The notes under the pieces are model-generated. The model did no database searches. It saw only the letters and a list, made by a program, of their open reading frames with translations, and was not told where the DNA came from. A stretch of DNA of 64,000 nt from Histomonas meleagridis 2922-C6/04-290x (lineage: Eukaryota > Protista > Parabasalia): assembly GCA_020184695.1 (NCBI GenBank), contig JAANOX010000153.1, positions 868,001 through 932,000 on the forward strand, read 5' to 3'. This document shows positions 35,034 to 47,353 of the stretch, in pieces. Position 1 is the stretch's first letter. Every line of letters starts with the position of its first letter. The translations under genes and the position numbers were made by a program.

Positions 35034-36791
35034 ATGAAAGGCTCGCCTTTAAATTTCTCGATTTTAGAATCTTTTTTCCGAATTCATTTTGCAAGGAATG
35101 AAGATATTTTAGAAGATCTTTTTCCTAAAATGGAAAAGATTGATATAAATCAGCCTTTACCTGGATCAATAAAAACAATTCTTCAAGACTCGGGACCTTC
35201 AATTTATTTGTTCAATCGAATTCTTAAGAACCAACACCATCATTACCAACCAACTGACCTTTCCATTCAATCTCGTTCAGTTGAACTTGATGAACTTTAT
35301 GATATTCTTTGTAATGCAAAAGATGAGTTAAAAGACGAACTTTCATTCCAATCACTAGTTGCAGCAATTGTAGCATTCCATAAAAACGAAACAAATTATC
35401 CACAGATTTTTGATTTCATTCTTACACTCACAAATAATGCTCAACTGTCAAAAAAACTTCTCAAACTACTCCAGGAAAAAGCTCTTCACTTTTCTGTCCC
35501 TTATGTTGCGGCAGATGATTCATCAGATGAAGATTTCTCATTTGATGAGGTTTCTGATGTTGACGTTGATCTTCAACCACGTCTTCGAATTGAAGAATCG
35601 CCATCAGACATTATCAGAAATGTTGGATCCAAAGGACAAAATGCTCTATTTATGTTTTTAGGTGATATAATTTCCAGGGACGATCTTCTCTTAGTTGAGC
35701 CTTCTCTCGAGCACTCTAATCTTACTGCAGATCCTGTTGCAATCAGCAGCCGAAACTATGTTACTCAATCAATCAAAACTGGGGCACCCAAACCATCATA
35801 TGACACTTTTGATAAAGTTCACTTTTCATATCGTAACTCTTCACCTCAAATGTCACCAAAACCGTTTACTGGCGCCACAATTTCAGAAGAATTTGCTCTT
35901 AACAGAAATTATGTTTCTGAGTTCCAATTTATGAAATCAGAAGAATCATATCAACCAGCGCTTAACGTAGACAACGATATGTCGCTTATTCAAATTTTTA
36001 GAGGTTGTCAAATCCTTCATGACCAAGAAATTGATATTGACATTTTTTACAAACTTGCAGTCGAAATATCAACAGAACATATTCACACTGGAATGGTGTT
36101 TCCTCTTTCACAAATTTATGGTGTCCAATCTGATGAAATTCTTGATTTCTTAAAATCAATGCCCATCGAATCCAAAAATGTTGTACTCGAAACAGTTCTC
36201 AAAACTCTTGCTAAGCAAGAAGGATACTATTATCATCTTAATAATGAGGCTTTTCTTTTGATGACCCAAGAATGTGTTCGATCATTTCCACATTCTGAAT
36301 TTTTGATTGAGTCTGTTGAGTACCTTAGAACAATACCTGATACAGAGGACATTGCGGACTACATTGAAAATCTTGTGAATCAAGAATTATTGTCAATGAT
36401 CAATGTTGAACATGAAATTATCAATTTCGATGTTCTCATCTTGACAAAATTTTCCAAGTATTACAAGTACTTCATCAGGAAGTTCCACTCTGACTGCTAT
36501 ATAAAGCCTCCCATTCAATTGGCTGACGCATCAACAGATTGGTCAATTGAATACGAAAACATTATAAAGGAAACCGTTAATGATGACGGTTATGGAGGTT
36601 ATGACGAGGAGACCGTTAAATTGGAAACACCTGTTTTGAATAAGCATCTCCAAGAATCAGTAGAGACATTAATACAAATTCCCCTTATTGGCCCGAGGTC
36701 ATTGACAGAAGAATTGACAAGAATTGTTTCAACTTCAGATATTGACCAAATATTAACCATGCATATTATCAACCCACACTCTTATAAATAA
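35034..36791 (+). CDS. Hypothetical protein (585 aa)
   Basis: Long ATG ORF with typical codon usage; no recognised motif. Confidence 0.75.
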   Translation: MKGSPLNFSILESFFRIHFARNEDILEDLFPKMEKIDINQPLPGSIKTILQDSGPSIYLFNRILKNQHHHYQPTDLSIQSRSVELDELYDILCNAKDELKDELSFQSLVAAIVAFHKNETNYPQIFDFILTLTNNAQLSKKLLKLLQEKALHFSVPYVAADDSSDEDFSFDEVSDVDVDLQPRLRIEESPSDIIRNVGSKGQNALFMFLGDIISRDDLLLVEPSLEHSNLTADPVAISSRNYVTQSIKTGAPKPSYDTFDKVHFSYRNSSPQMSPKPFTGATISEEFALNRNYVSEFQFMKSEESYQPALNVDNDMSLIQIFRGCQILHDQEIDIDIFYKLAVEISTEHIHTGMVFPLSQIYGVQSDEILDFLKSMPIESKNVVLETVLKTLAKQEGYYYHLNNEAFLLMTQECVRSFPHSEFLIESVEYLRTIPDTEDIADYIENLVNQELLSMINVEHEIINFDVLILTKFSKYYKYFIRKFHSDCYIKPPIQLADASTDWSIEYENIIKETVNDDGYGGYDEETVKLETPVLNKHLQESVETLIQIPLIGPRSLTEELTRIVSTSDIDQILTMHIINPHSYK

Positions 36792-37209
36792 AATATAAAC
36801 GTTGTTAATTTATTAAATGGTCATTGAAGTAACACATTAAATACCTATTCTTTTTTGAGAAATAGCATAAATGCATTTTGTGTTATCTTATAAATTATAC
36901 ATTACATTTGATGTACACGAGTTTTGACATTTGCCTTGTCGGAAACATTGAAGTTTAGTTTGGTCTTCACAACAAATTTTTGATCTCAAAGAGATAACAC
37001 TTGTTTCAGATTCATCATATATATATAAATATCTTTTGGTTTGGGTTTTAAAAGAGATTTATACATCAAATAATGATTAATTTTTGATATAAAAATAAGA
37101 AAAATTAAAATCTTTAAAAGATTGAAAAACTTGATTTCTTTTAATAGGATTATGAACTTAACATGTTTATCTAAAAGTCATAACGATCATTTTCAGCTGA
37201 ATTTCAGGA

Positions 37210-37255
37210 AACGGTTATAAAAATTCATATAAAAATGTTTTGACGAATAACCGTT
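37210..37255 (+). promoter_or_regulatory. M3-like core promoter motifs (AACGGTT 37210-37216; AACCGTT 37249-37255)
   Basis: Resemble the trichomonad Myb-like M3 element. Similar motifs lie just upstream of several other starts (e.g. 24805, 57775). Confidence 0.5.
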
Positions 37256-37257
37256 AA

Positions 37258-38430
37258 ATGCTCTTGCTTCTGTTTTCTTTTGCGTCTTCATTTCGGCAAG
37301 TATGCGTTGCTAATCCCACACCTCCTGAGCCGCCAGGTGATGGGTACGAGCTTATTCATATCCAAGTTGTTACCAGACACGGAGCACGTTCACCTCTTGA
37401 TGGATATTTGAAACAAAAAGATCGTGGAATATGGCGATGCGATTCGCCCGATGCTGTTTCAGGCAGAGTTGAAGCTGTTCCACTTGTTCATCATCGCAAA
37501 GTTCGTACAATTCTTGATAATCGTTTTGCTGACTATCCGCCCAATTGTCGCTTAGGCGAGCTCACAATTGAAGGCATGCAAATGCACCTCAAACTTGGAA
37601 AAGCATATCGGAAATATCTTGTTGATGATCTTCATTTTCTTGATGAAACCTATAATCCAGATCAAATTTACATTCGTTCTACTGCTTATGACAGAACATT
37701 TAAGAGTGCTCTTTCCTTTATTGGTGGTCTTTATGAATCACAATCAGTTAATGAACTTATTGATATTACATCAGGTCCATCAAGCAATGATCTTTTCCGT
37801 CCGAGCCACAAAACCTGCGGCGACATCAAAAACCTCTATCAAAAGTATGTTGACAGCGACAAATTCAAAGAATTTTTAGCAAGATCAGGTGAGATACTTA
37901 AGCCAGTTCGCGAGTATCTGAACCTCACAGAGTGGACGCAATCCAGTGGAAACAAAGCCTGCGACTGGGTTTTCACCATGTATTGCAACGAGAAAACGAT
38001 GAGTCCAGACATCAATCAGACGCACATTGATATTTGTAGTGAAATGCTTGCACGAAACCTTTATGACCTATATCTACAGGACGACGAGACAATGGGAATC
38101 GGATTTTCTGCTGGAATGAGAGAACTTTTGAGAGTATTGAACATGTCATTGAGTGGAGAAAGCACTGTAAAGTTTGCACTTCATTCTACACACGATTCAA
38201 CAGTATCCGTGTTCATGTCCCTTTTAGGCAACAGATTGGACACATTGCCTCCGCTCGCATCGCATTTGGCTATGGAAGTCTACCAAAAGAATAACGAGAA
38301 ATACGTTAGATTTGTTTTGAATGGAAAACCGCTGCCGATAAAGTTCATGAACGATCAAATTATGGTGAAATTGGATGACTTCATCACAAATGTGAAACCG
38401 AAGATTAACTATTGCAAAGAGTTCCCTTGA
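37258..38430 (+). CDS. Histidine acid phosphatase, secreted/lysosomal
   Basis: Signal peptide; RHGARSP catalytic motif; HDST. Confidence 0.93.
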   Translation: MLLLLFSFASSFRQVCVANPTPPEPPGDGYELIHIQVVTRHGARSPLDGYLKQKDRGIWRCDSPDAVSGRVEAVPLVHHRKVRTILDNRFADYPPNCRLGELTIEGMQMHLKLGKAYRKYLVDDLHFLDETYNPDQIYIRSTAYDRTFKSALSFIGGLYESQSVNELIDITSGPSSNDLFRPSHKTCGDIKNLYQKYVDSDKFKEFLARSGEILKPVREYLNLTEWTQSSGNKACDWVFTMYCNEKTMSPDINQTHIDICSEMLARNLYDLYLQDDETMGIGFSAGMRELLRVLNMSLSGESTVKFALHSTHDSTVSVFMSLLGNRLDTLPPLASHLAMEVYQKNNEKYVRFVLNGKPLPIKFMNDQIMVKLDDFITNVKPKINYCKEFP

Positions 38431-38659
38431 AACATAGTTTTAATTAAAAATGAATTTATAATTTTAATGTTTCTATTCCATTCTTCAAATTTAAATAAAA
38501 AAGTTTAGTTTAAGATTTGATTTTAATTAAATTTATATTTTTTCATTGTGGCTTTTCATGAAAGAGTAAAAGTTATTTAGATAGTAAATTTCCAATATTT
38601 CTAAAATTAATGATTAGATAAATGAAAAACGTTATTAAAATTCTATTTAATATATACAA

Positions 38660-39958
38660 TTAATTATTATTAAGCTTTTCAGCTCTTAACTTATCAATTT
38701 CGTTACTTATTTCACTTTGCCTTACCAACAATTGTTTGTTCTGCAGAATTGTTTCTTCCAACAACGTCTCCAATATCTGAAAGTTCGTATTCGCTAACAA
38801 TTTCGGATTCGGCTGCGACAAAAGAGTAATTTTCCTTAATTCGTTTTGTTTACTTTTCAGTTCTTCGTTTATTAAATTTATCGCTTGCCTTAACATTACC
38901 GTTTTATCTTTCATCATTTTGTTCTCTTCCGATATTTTCGATATCTGCAACCTTAAGTCTCTGTCGATTTTTGGTATGTCGGAGTCATCGCCTGTTTCGA
39001 TTAATGAATTTAATCGCTTTCGAAGTTCTTGCACTACGTCTAAATTTCGCATTTTTTCTTGCTTAACAAGTTCCTGCATTTGAGTTTGTTCACTTTCGGC
39101 TTTAGATTTGGAATGTGTATATTCTTCAAGTTGAAGTTTTTGTTCTTTGATTAAATCGTCGAATTTCGTTAATTGAGTTTTTCGAGTTTTTATTATGTCT
39201 TCGATTTGATCTTTGGTTTCGTTGTATTTTTGCGTTTTTACATCAATTTCGTGTTTGGTATTTTCAATGCTCTTTTTAATATTCGAAATTTCTGTTTCGA
39301 GTTTTGCGAATGATGTTTGAAGATTATTCAATTCGGAATTTTTGAGTGATATTCTTTGGTCAAGAGTGGCTTCTGAATTACGAAGTTCGGCTACCTGTTG
39401 GTCTAATGTGGCTAATTCTTGGGTATTGTTGGTTTTCTTGATCTGAAGATTTGTAATTTTGGATTGAAGATCTTCTATATAGAGAACAATAGACGGTGTC
39501 ATTGCCATAAAGGCAGAAAGTTGACTAACACGCTTGTTACGTTGGTTAAGCTTTTCCAAAAGTTCTGATTTTTGACTAATCTCAGTTTTGATTGTTTTGA
39601 TTTGATACTTCTTTTGGTAAATAATAGATTCCCTTTCTTCATTGGATGCTTCCATTTTGTAAATTTGATTTGAAACTTCTTCAATTCGATTATTTACAAC
39701 TTTTTCGTTGAACTCGCTTTGTTTTATATATTGGGTTTTAAGATTTTTTAGTCTATTTCTAAGTTCTAAAATTGTTCTAACATTTTTTTCTCGTGATTCT
39801 TTTTTTTGCTGTTCAATTTCAGAATATTGTGCTTTTAATTTCGGCAACTGAGCATTTTTTTCTTTAAGAGTATCAAGTTTCTCTTTTAAAGCAAAATTTG
39901 TTTGACCTAATTGTATCAGTTGTTCTTGAAAAACATTAAATTCTTCCTCTGTAATCAT
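38660..39958 (-). CDS. Coiled-coil hypothetical protein
   Basis: 432-aa ORF with heptad-rich E/K/Q/L composition. Confidence 0.75.
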   Translation of the reverse strand: MITEEEFNVFQEQLIQLGQTNFALKEKLDTLKEKNAQLPKLKAQYSEIEQQKKESREKNVRTILELRNRLKNLKTQYIKQSEFNEKVVNNRIEEVSNQIYKMEASNEERESIIYQKKYQIKTIKTEISQKSELLEKLNQRNKRVSQLSAFMAMTPSIVLYIEDLQSKITNLQIKKTNNTQELATLDQQVAELRNSEATLDQRISLKNSELNNLQTSFAKLETEISNIKKSIENTKHEIDVKTQKYNETKDQIEDIIKTRKTQLTKFDDLIKEQKLQLEEYTHSKSKAESEQTQMQELVKQEKMRNLDVVQELRKRLNSLIETGDDSDIPKIDRDLRLQISKISEENKMMKDKTVMLRQAINLINEELKSKQNELRKITLLSQPNPKLLANTNFQILETLLEETILQNKQLLVRQSEISNEIDKLRAEKLNNN

Positions 39959-40370
39959 TATTAAATCAATAGTTTACAATTCTGGGGCACGCCAATTTTA
40001 TTTGACCGGAAATTACCCCCAAAGCATCTAAATTACGAAAGTGCAACATACCATCCATGCGTTAAACCAATTCCTTTATGGTAAATATGAAAGTCATATT
40101 GAAGTTTGTTGTAACAATATTCCCAAATTCGTCAATGGTACTTTTATTAAAACCAATAATAACTCATTTCTTTCATATAAGTTAAGATCACTTTGGTCAT
40201 GTTTTACAGAAATTGTTTAATAAGAATAAATATCAAATGAAATGCTAATGTAGTAACGAAAATGGTGGATTGGGATTTGGAAATTACAACAAGTAGACAT
40301 GCTATTTAATTTAGCACCATTTAAGAATACTAAGGATAATAAGCGTTTGTTATAATATTCGAATAACTTT

Positions 40371-40930
40371 ATGATTAAATATCAAAATAAGAAGCGAAAA
40401 CAAAATGAAGAAGAAATGAATATTTCAGATGAAAATAATAATAAAATTAATGAAATCGATAATACATTTTCAGTTGGGATTAATAATTCAAATATCGAAG
40501 AAGATCCATTTGCAGCAGTTTTCAAAGAAGAAAAATTTATAAGTCAGATATAAATAAACATATTTTAAGAACAAAATAATTTTTTTATTTATTTATCAAA
40601 TACAAACATTCCTTATTATTTGGCAAATCTTATGTTTCCTTCTATTATACATTATATGTTTATTATAGCAAATCCAATAGAAAAATTAAGTTTTCATATG
40701 AAAACAATTGTTTTCTTCGGGTTTTTAGCAAATGGATCTTATTCAATATGAGAGAAATTAATAACATTTTCTGTATTGATATTGATTACATTTGTATTTC
40801 CATTTTCTTGACGGCTTAAAATATTATATTGTTTAGCTTGATGATAATGAATTAAAAAGATAAAAAGAATTGAAATAAAATTATTATAACACAAACAATT
40901 ACAATAACAACAATAAGAATTTCTTGTGTT
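40371..40930. pseudogene. Two convergent remnants of single-pass surface-protein C-terminal tails
   Basis: + strand ...NIEEDPFAAVFKEEKFISQI* (40371-40553); - strand TM-like IVVIVIVCVIIIL and ...FSHIE*DPFAK (~40690-40930). Confidence 0.35.
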
Positions 40931-41781
40931 TCTTTATCTTTTCATTTTATTCTTCATTATTAATAATTGCATAAAAAGCAAAATAATATGTAATGTAAAT
41001 GCATTTGTTAATATAAATGCGACAACAGTTATGACATTCGAAACATATCAAAATGAAACATTTGGAAATATGAATTTTACTAAGGGAACAATACTTGACG
41101 AATGTCTTCCTCCAACACTCACATTCACATACACACAAAGTGATACATTCACCAATAAAACACATTCACTTTATCAGTTTCTTATTCATCGGATGTAAAT
41201 TTAACTTTAATAAATTGAGAACGGAAGATGAGGACCAATGGATTTGAGTAATAATAGAACGAAATATAATAAAATATTTTTCTGTTTTTGTTAATTATTG
41301 TTTATACTGAATTATTCGTTTTACATCAAAAGATGTGGAAGTTGCGCTCATCAAACAAAGTAAACTGAGGAATCAAACAGCAACAGCACTCAGTTTTATA
41401 ATAATAAAATCTTATTGTATGCGTAATTTTTTTATAGATTTTATATTAAATCAGTTTAAAAATTTGGAATATAATTTTTATATGCAGAATATTTTTAGTA
41501 CAAATATAGTGATATGCAATCTCAGCAATTTGTTAACTCTACAATTTTAATATGGAATTAAAACACATATTATCAATGAGATTTCTTGGTGATAATCAAT
41601 TCTATAAAACTTTTTGAATAAATTTAACCAAAACCATTTAATGGTCTCATGTTCCACATGTAAATCAGCGATTATTTCCATAAGTTTCAACAATTTTCTT
41701 TTGTGATTCGCCAAAATTAATTTTTCAGCAAATTTCAAATCCAAATTTTATTCATTTCACATAAACATATTACAATTACAA

Positions 41782-44133
41782 TCACTCGAGTGCTTCCAAA
41801 GCGATCAACTTCAGTAACATTTCTTCCAATTGTTCCACTGCGAATGTGTATGATCCGATTCCCAATTCTTCTTTTTTCTCGTTCATTTCTGCCAACATAT
41901 TATGTACTTCCTTATCTACCGGCAAACAAATTGTATCTTTTCTTTCGTCTGACAGATGTGCAGCGGGAATATACTTTTGCACCAAATCCAACACAGGTCC
42001 CACTGTACCATCTTCTCGATCTACTCTCAATAGATATCCACATTTATACTTATTCCTTAACTCTGTCGAAGTACCACAGAACGGAATCTTTCTCCCTGAG
42101 ACAATGAAAATTCTTGAGCTAACAGCTTCGGCCTCATCGAGTGTATGACTTGTGATGATACTTGTTGTGTTAGTGAAACTTGCGATAGTTTTCCATATTA
42201 ATTGTCTCGCTTGTACATCGACACCAGCAGTTGGTTCATCCATGATAACTATTGGTGGATTACCTAATAACGCTATAGCTATACAAAGTTTCCGCTTTTG
42301 TCCTCCTGATAAATCACCTGCATAGTTATCTAACATATCAGTTAATTGTAATATGTCCGCAAAGTAATTAATTGCTTCTTGAATATCTTTTTCATCAATA
42401 CCTTTAAATGTACCAAACATTTCTAAATGTTCACGTACTGATAATCGATTAAAGATAATATTATCTTGGAAAACTACGCCTAATGATTGTTGTAAGATCT
42501 TAAAACGTGGCGATGGATCATTACCATTAAAAACTAATGTACCAGAGTTAGGTTCAATTGCTCCGGATAAGATATTAACTAATGTTGATTTACCTGCGCC
42601 ATTTGGTCCAATGATTACTATAACTTCGCCTTGATTAATATAGAAATTCGTGTCTTCAAAAACATTAACAATATTACGGCCTTTATATGTCTTACATAAT
42701 CCTTCAACTTCAATTAGTCGTTTAGCTTCTCCATTCTCATCAATTCCATCATATTGTTCTCCACCAAATACTCGTTTCCATGCCGAAAGTTTAAAGATTT
42801 CTGACCATCGAATAATTGGTGTACCGAAATATCGTGGAATTGTAGCATTACCAATAAGGAATATTAAGAAATATAATACAATGTCAATACAAAACCACAT
42901 TAATCCAATCCATAATTCATATTTTAATTTAGGATAATGTAATTGCCCCCATCCAATAGGATCTCGATCATATAATCCATTTTGATAAAGTGACCCAATA
43001 ACCATTTGATAACATGAAAATGGTATAATAGATAAAACATGTTTAAGTGCTGTGTTACTTTCTGCTTCTGTTAATGTTACAAGGTTATGAAGAAATGCAA
43101 AAAATAATTCAAGAATTAATAGAACTATTGTAAACATTCGCCCATTTGAGCCACGCTTGAAAAATGTTGAAAACGCATATTGGAAACAAACATGTGATAT
43201 AATAAATAATAAACTGAGAACAAAAAGAAGACTGAAATCAGTTCCAATCATACGGAACCAATAACAAAACATTAATGAGATCGCTAGATATGGAATGATT
43301 GATAATATGATTGGAGTAATAAAGTTAACTATCCAATACGCTGACTCAGGACATCCATTCATAAAACAAAAGGCTGCGACTTTTGTGTCTTTTTCATCTA
43401 AAACTGTACCAAAGTCTGGCATAGTAGATATGATGAGTGGAATAACAATAACAAACATAAATACATAGTCCATATTATATAAAATTGTGCCTTCTATGGA
43501 TGGATAACGTTGATAGCTATTGTTAAATTGAAGCATTCGTTGATAATTAACATTTGTATAATTTGATTGAAATGCTAAAAGTGAAAGATAATAACGAATA
43601 AAGTTTAAAATGTCCGACTGTGGACATGTTAAAAGTGATTGGCAATAAATTTCAAATTCTGGACTTATAAATGCATCTGGACTTTCTGAATTTGTCCAAT
43701 ATATCCCAAGACCACTACCATCAGTGCCATCAACTATGTCTTTCAGTTCATCAAATGAATTTGGGTATTCGACTTGAATTGATGTTATTGATAAATAAAT
43801 CTGAGAAAAGAAATTCATCATTGAGTTAACAAGAGTAGTATTTGGCATAGCAGCCATTCTACTTTCGTTGGACATAGCAAAGAAAATGATTAAATCTGTT
43901 GATACTAATTGAGTGTAATTTCTTTCTGGATTTTCAACCAGCTCCTGAGGTCTCCCAGAAATAGAATCCAAGGGGTATAACACCAGATAAAAAACATAAG
44001 CAATCACTAATTCAATTATTGAAGATACTCTTCTTATTTTTAACAAAAATTGTTTTTTAAACAATACACCTAAAGTTCGAGCATAACTATGTTTCCGATT
44101 TCCCCAGTTCCCTCCTGGGATACTTGTGGTCAT
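41782..44133 (-). CDS. ABCA-family half transporter (TMD-NBD), canonical signature
   Basis: GPNGAGKST, LSGGQKRK, IVIMDEPTAGVD, TSH; C-terminal ABCA-type tail (LEEMLL). Confidence 0.93.
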   Translation of the reverse strand: MTTSIPGGNWGNRKHSYARTLGVLFKKQFLLKIRRVSSIIELVIAYVFYLVLYPLDSISGRPQELVENPERNYTQLVSTDLIIFFAMSNESRMAAMPNTTLVNSMMNFFSQIYLSITSIQVEYPNSFDELKDIVDGTDGSGLGIYWTNSESPDAFISPEFEIYCQSLLTCPQSDILNFIRYYLSLLAFQSNYTNVNYQRMLQFNNSYQRYPSIEGTILYNMDYVFMFVIVIPLIISTMPDFGTVLDEKDTKVAAFCFMNGCPESAYWIVNFITPIILSIIPYLAISLMFCYWFRMIGTDFSLLFVLSLLFIISHVCFQYAFSTFFKRGSNGRMFTIVLLILELFFAFLHNLVTLTEAESNTALKHVLSIIPFSCYQMVIGSLYQNGLYDRDPIGWGQLHYPKLKYELWIGLMWFCIDIVLYFLIFLIGNATIPRYFGTPIIRWSEIFKLSAWKRVFGGEQYDGIDENGEAKRLIEVEGLCKTYKGRNIVNVFEDTNFYINQGEVIVIIGPNGAGKSTLVNILSGAIEPNSGTLVFNGNDPSPRFKILQQSLGVVFQDNIIFNRLSVREHLEMFGTFKGIDEKDIQEAINYFADILQLTDMLDNYAGDLSGGQKRKLCIAIALLGNPPIVIMDEPTAGVDVQARQLIWKTIASFTNTTSIITSHTLDEAEAVSSRIFIVSGRKIPFCGTSTELRNKYKCGYLLRVDREDGTVGPVLDLVQKYIPAAHLSDERKDTICLPVDKEVHNMLAEMNEKKEELGIGSYTFAVEQLEEMLLKLIALEALE

Positions 44134-44476
44134 TGAGAATGAATATTTTGAATTGGCTAGTGGGTTACAGAATTTTTCAAATGGGTTACAGACGTTTTCA
44201 TTGCAATTTTTGATCGTATCTTTGAAAAAGCTATTTTTTGTGTGAACGATGTTTTTTTTCGATATTTTTAAATTAAAAATATCTTCATTAAAAATTCATA
44301 TTTCTAATTTCTTTTTGGATTATTTTTATCGCTTAAATAATTTATTAATTTGTATTGATAATTTTTTGGAAAATATCTATTAATAATAAAGATATTCACT
44401 TAAATTTTTACCAATACTAATTTGCGCGTAATTTTCTTGGTCACATCACGAATAACGATAAATAGATTTTCTTGAA

Positions 44477-46780
44477 ATGGGATTTAAAGCATCACATTTT
44501 AGGGCAGTCTTATTTAGAAAATATGTTATGATAAAACGTTCATGGCGATCATTTGTTTTTACAATAGTTGCATGTATTATTGCTTCTGCTTTAGCAATTG
44601 CAATTTATTATGCCATGTCATATTTTATGGCACCTGATGTTAAAGTTATAACTTTTCAAGATTTCGCCCAAAATTCAAATTATTTGCTTTTTGTTGATGA
44701 TGGAAGTTTGCCTGAGTTTTCAATTTTTAAACAAGCATTAATCGATATCTTTGTAAGGGACATGGGTGTAGAACCAGGTTATACCGTTTTTAACTCTTCA
44801 GAAGAGCTTAATGCATGGGTTATTAGACAACAAACTTCACTTCAAGAACCTACATATATACCAATGGGAGTAATGTTTTATCAAACGCCTGACAATTCTT
44901 TTGCAATGTCCACATGGTACAACACGTCAGGTTATCTTGAAACTACAGAACAATTTACAGTTGATGCAATTGCCACAGAAGCGGTTTGGAAAGCAGTTTA
45001 CGGTGGAAACTTCACACTTACCTTTACAGTCTCAGCCAGTCGTAACATAGAATATTTCTTTGGTAATATTGGTCCTATTATTCTAGTTGCTGGACTTTAT
45101 TCAATTATTCCATTAATCATATCACAACCGATCATTGATATCACTGGCGAAGTACGGTCATATATGATCTCATGTACACTTACTATTCTTCCGTATTGGC
45201 TTGGAACATTTTTACTTGATTTTGCGATGTGGATATTTACCACCACTATCATTTGGGCTATTTTTTGCATCGCTCAAATCCAAGCATTTCTTGATAATAT
45301 GTTTACCACTTGGTATACCATAGTAATGCTTGGGCCATCATTTATATTTTTCATGTATGTTTTATCCTTTTTATTTGATAGTCCTGAATCTGCTAATCGC
45401 CAATGTTTTCTTACATTTATTATCTTATTACTTATTCCATATGTTATCCAATGTATTCGATGGGCTGCTAATCCAGTTTGGTTAGAATGGATTTATTCAT
45501 TAATACCACCATTATCATTACAACGTATTTTTTCATATGAATTATCGAACATTGGACCATTAGCACAACCATTTTCATATTATTGGAAGTATTCATCATC
45601 ACAACCATTTTTCATAATGGACTTTGGTAACATTGTAATCTATGGCTTAATATTATTCATTATAGAATCAGCACGAAATTCAGTTAAGCGAAGATTAGCC
45701 AAGAAGTCATTTGGAAATTATGATGAATTCTTTAAAGAGATTCGTGATACACAAGAATCAACATCAGATGTATTAGAAATGCGTGAACGCGTAGAGAACT
45801 CACATGACTTCGCAGTACGAATCCATAATGTTTCACGTTTATTCTTTAATACTGAAGGCAAACCAATACCAGCAGTTAATCAAGTTTCATTAGGTATAGA
45901 GAAAGGCTGTTTATTTGGGTTCTTAGGTGCTAATGGTGCAGGTAAGACAACATTAATTCGAATGATAACTTCATTGTTACCACCATCAGATGGTACAATT
46001 GAAGTTAATGGAGTTGACATATCTAAATTCCATGATCCGACAGCTATTAGTGTATGTCCACAATTTAATAATCATTTATGTAATGAAATGACGCCAGCGG
46101 AACACTTTAAGTTATATGGAATGTTATTTGAGTTCACGAAAGAAGAAGAAGAGAAATCAATTCGATTAATTCGTGATTTACAACTTGAAGAACTTAAAGA
46201 TAAACCATTACAAGACTTATCACAAGGAGATGTCCGGAAACTTGCAGTTGCATTATCATTTTATAGTCGAGCGAATATTATATTACTTGATGAACCAACA
46301 GCTTCATTAGATCCAGTTGCAAGACATAATGTACAAGAACTAATTCTCGAATATAAAAACGACAAAACGTTTATGTTATGTACACATTTATTAAGTGAAG
46401 CCGAATTCTTATGCGATATCATCTCGATTATGGTCAAAGGTTGTGTATATGCAATTGGTACTCCACAACAATTAACTGAACGATTCGGTACAATATATAA
46501 AATCGATATTATGTTAAAAGATGACTCGAAAGAAGAAGCGGATAAATGTACAAACTTCTTCGAGAAAATATTGCCAAGCGCACAAATGGAAATCTCTCGA
46601 CCAGCAGCAAGACTATATGACGTGCCGGCAACGGATATAGAAATGGCGGATTTGTTCGGAATTATGGAACAAGGAATGAATGGAGATAATGGATATTGTT
46701 ATTATACATGTTCTTCTTCTTCTTTGGAACATGTGTTCATGGAAATATTAAGGAAATCGGAAACAGATGAAGAGTTATAA
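44477..46780 (+). CDS. ABCA-family half transporter (TMD-NBD), degenerate signature
   Basis: GFLGANGAGKTT, LSQGDVRK, ILLDEPTASLD, CTH; SSLEHVF tail. Confidence 0.93.
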   Translation: MGFKASHFRAVLFRKYVMIKRSWRSFVFTIVACIIASALAIAIYYAMSYFMAPDVKVITFQDFAQNSNYLLFVDDGSLPEFSIFKQALIDIFVRDMGVEPGYTVFNSSEELNAWVIRQQTSLQEPTYIPMGVMFYQTPDNSFAMSTWYNTSGYLETTEQFTVDAIATEAVWKAVYGGNFTLTFTVSASRNIEYFFGNIGPIILVAGLYSIIPLIISQPIIDITGEVRSYMISCTLTILPYWLGTFLLDFAMWIFTTTIIWAIFCIAQIQAFLDNMFTTWYTIVMLGPSFIFFMYVLSFLFDSPESANRQCFLTFIILLLIPYVIQCIRWAANPVWLEWIYSLIPPLSLQRIFSYELSNIGPLAQPFSYYWKYSSSQPFFIMDFGNIVIYGLILFIIESARNSVKRRLAKKSFGNYDEFFKEIRDTQESTSDVLEMRERVENSHDFAVRIHNVSRLFFNTEGKPIPAVNQVSLGIEKGCLFGFLGANGAGKTTLIRMITSLLPPSDGTIEVNGVDISKFHDPTAISVCPQFNNHLCNEMTPAEHFKLYGMLFEFTKEEEEKSIRLIRDLQLEELKDKPLQDLSQGDVRKLAVALSFYSRANIILLDEPTASLDPVARHNVQELILEYKNDKTFMLCTHLLSEAEFLCDIISIMVKGCVYAIGTPQQLTERFGTIYKIDIMLKDDSKEEADKCTNFFEKILPSAQMEISRPAARLYDVPATDIEMADLFGIMEQGMNGDNGYCYYTCSSSSLEHVFMEILRKSETDEEL

Positions 46781-47353
46781 TTTGTTTATGTTGTAATAGT
46801 AAATAATAAATTTGCAATGTTTTAAATATGGGAAAATCCAAAAATTGTTACATTGCCGCATTTAGGCATAAATATATATATATTTACTATCTACTACAGT
46901 GGTAAATAATAGAAACGATACGAACCAAAATGGTCTTCTTATACAAATAATTTCAGATAATACAATAATTTGAAGTAATTACCAAATTTTTTTTCTGTTC
47001 CATGCACAGTTTTTGATATCATCAGGAAATAAAGTTATTTATGAGAATTCTCATAAATATACGCACAGGACAGTTTCAATATTGTCACTATTAATTTAAG
47101 GTTTCCCCTCTTACAGAATTTTTTTAAGTACGAAAATATGTTTCAAATACATTGTTAATGTTAAAAATTCAGTTTCGAATATAAAATCCAGATTTATAAT
47201 AAGATTATGATATTCTAGAGTTACATATATCCTTTAAATTTTCACGTGAATGGTTTTAATTAAAATAATTTTTAATTTGTGCAGGTTTGAAGTGTAAACC
47301 TTTTTGAGTACTTTTAACGGTTTTTATAATGAAAATCAAAACAGCTTTTTTGC

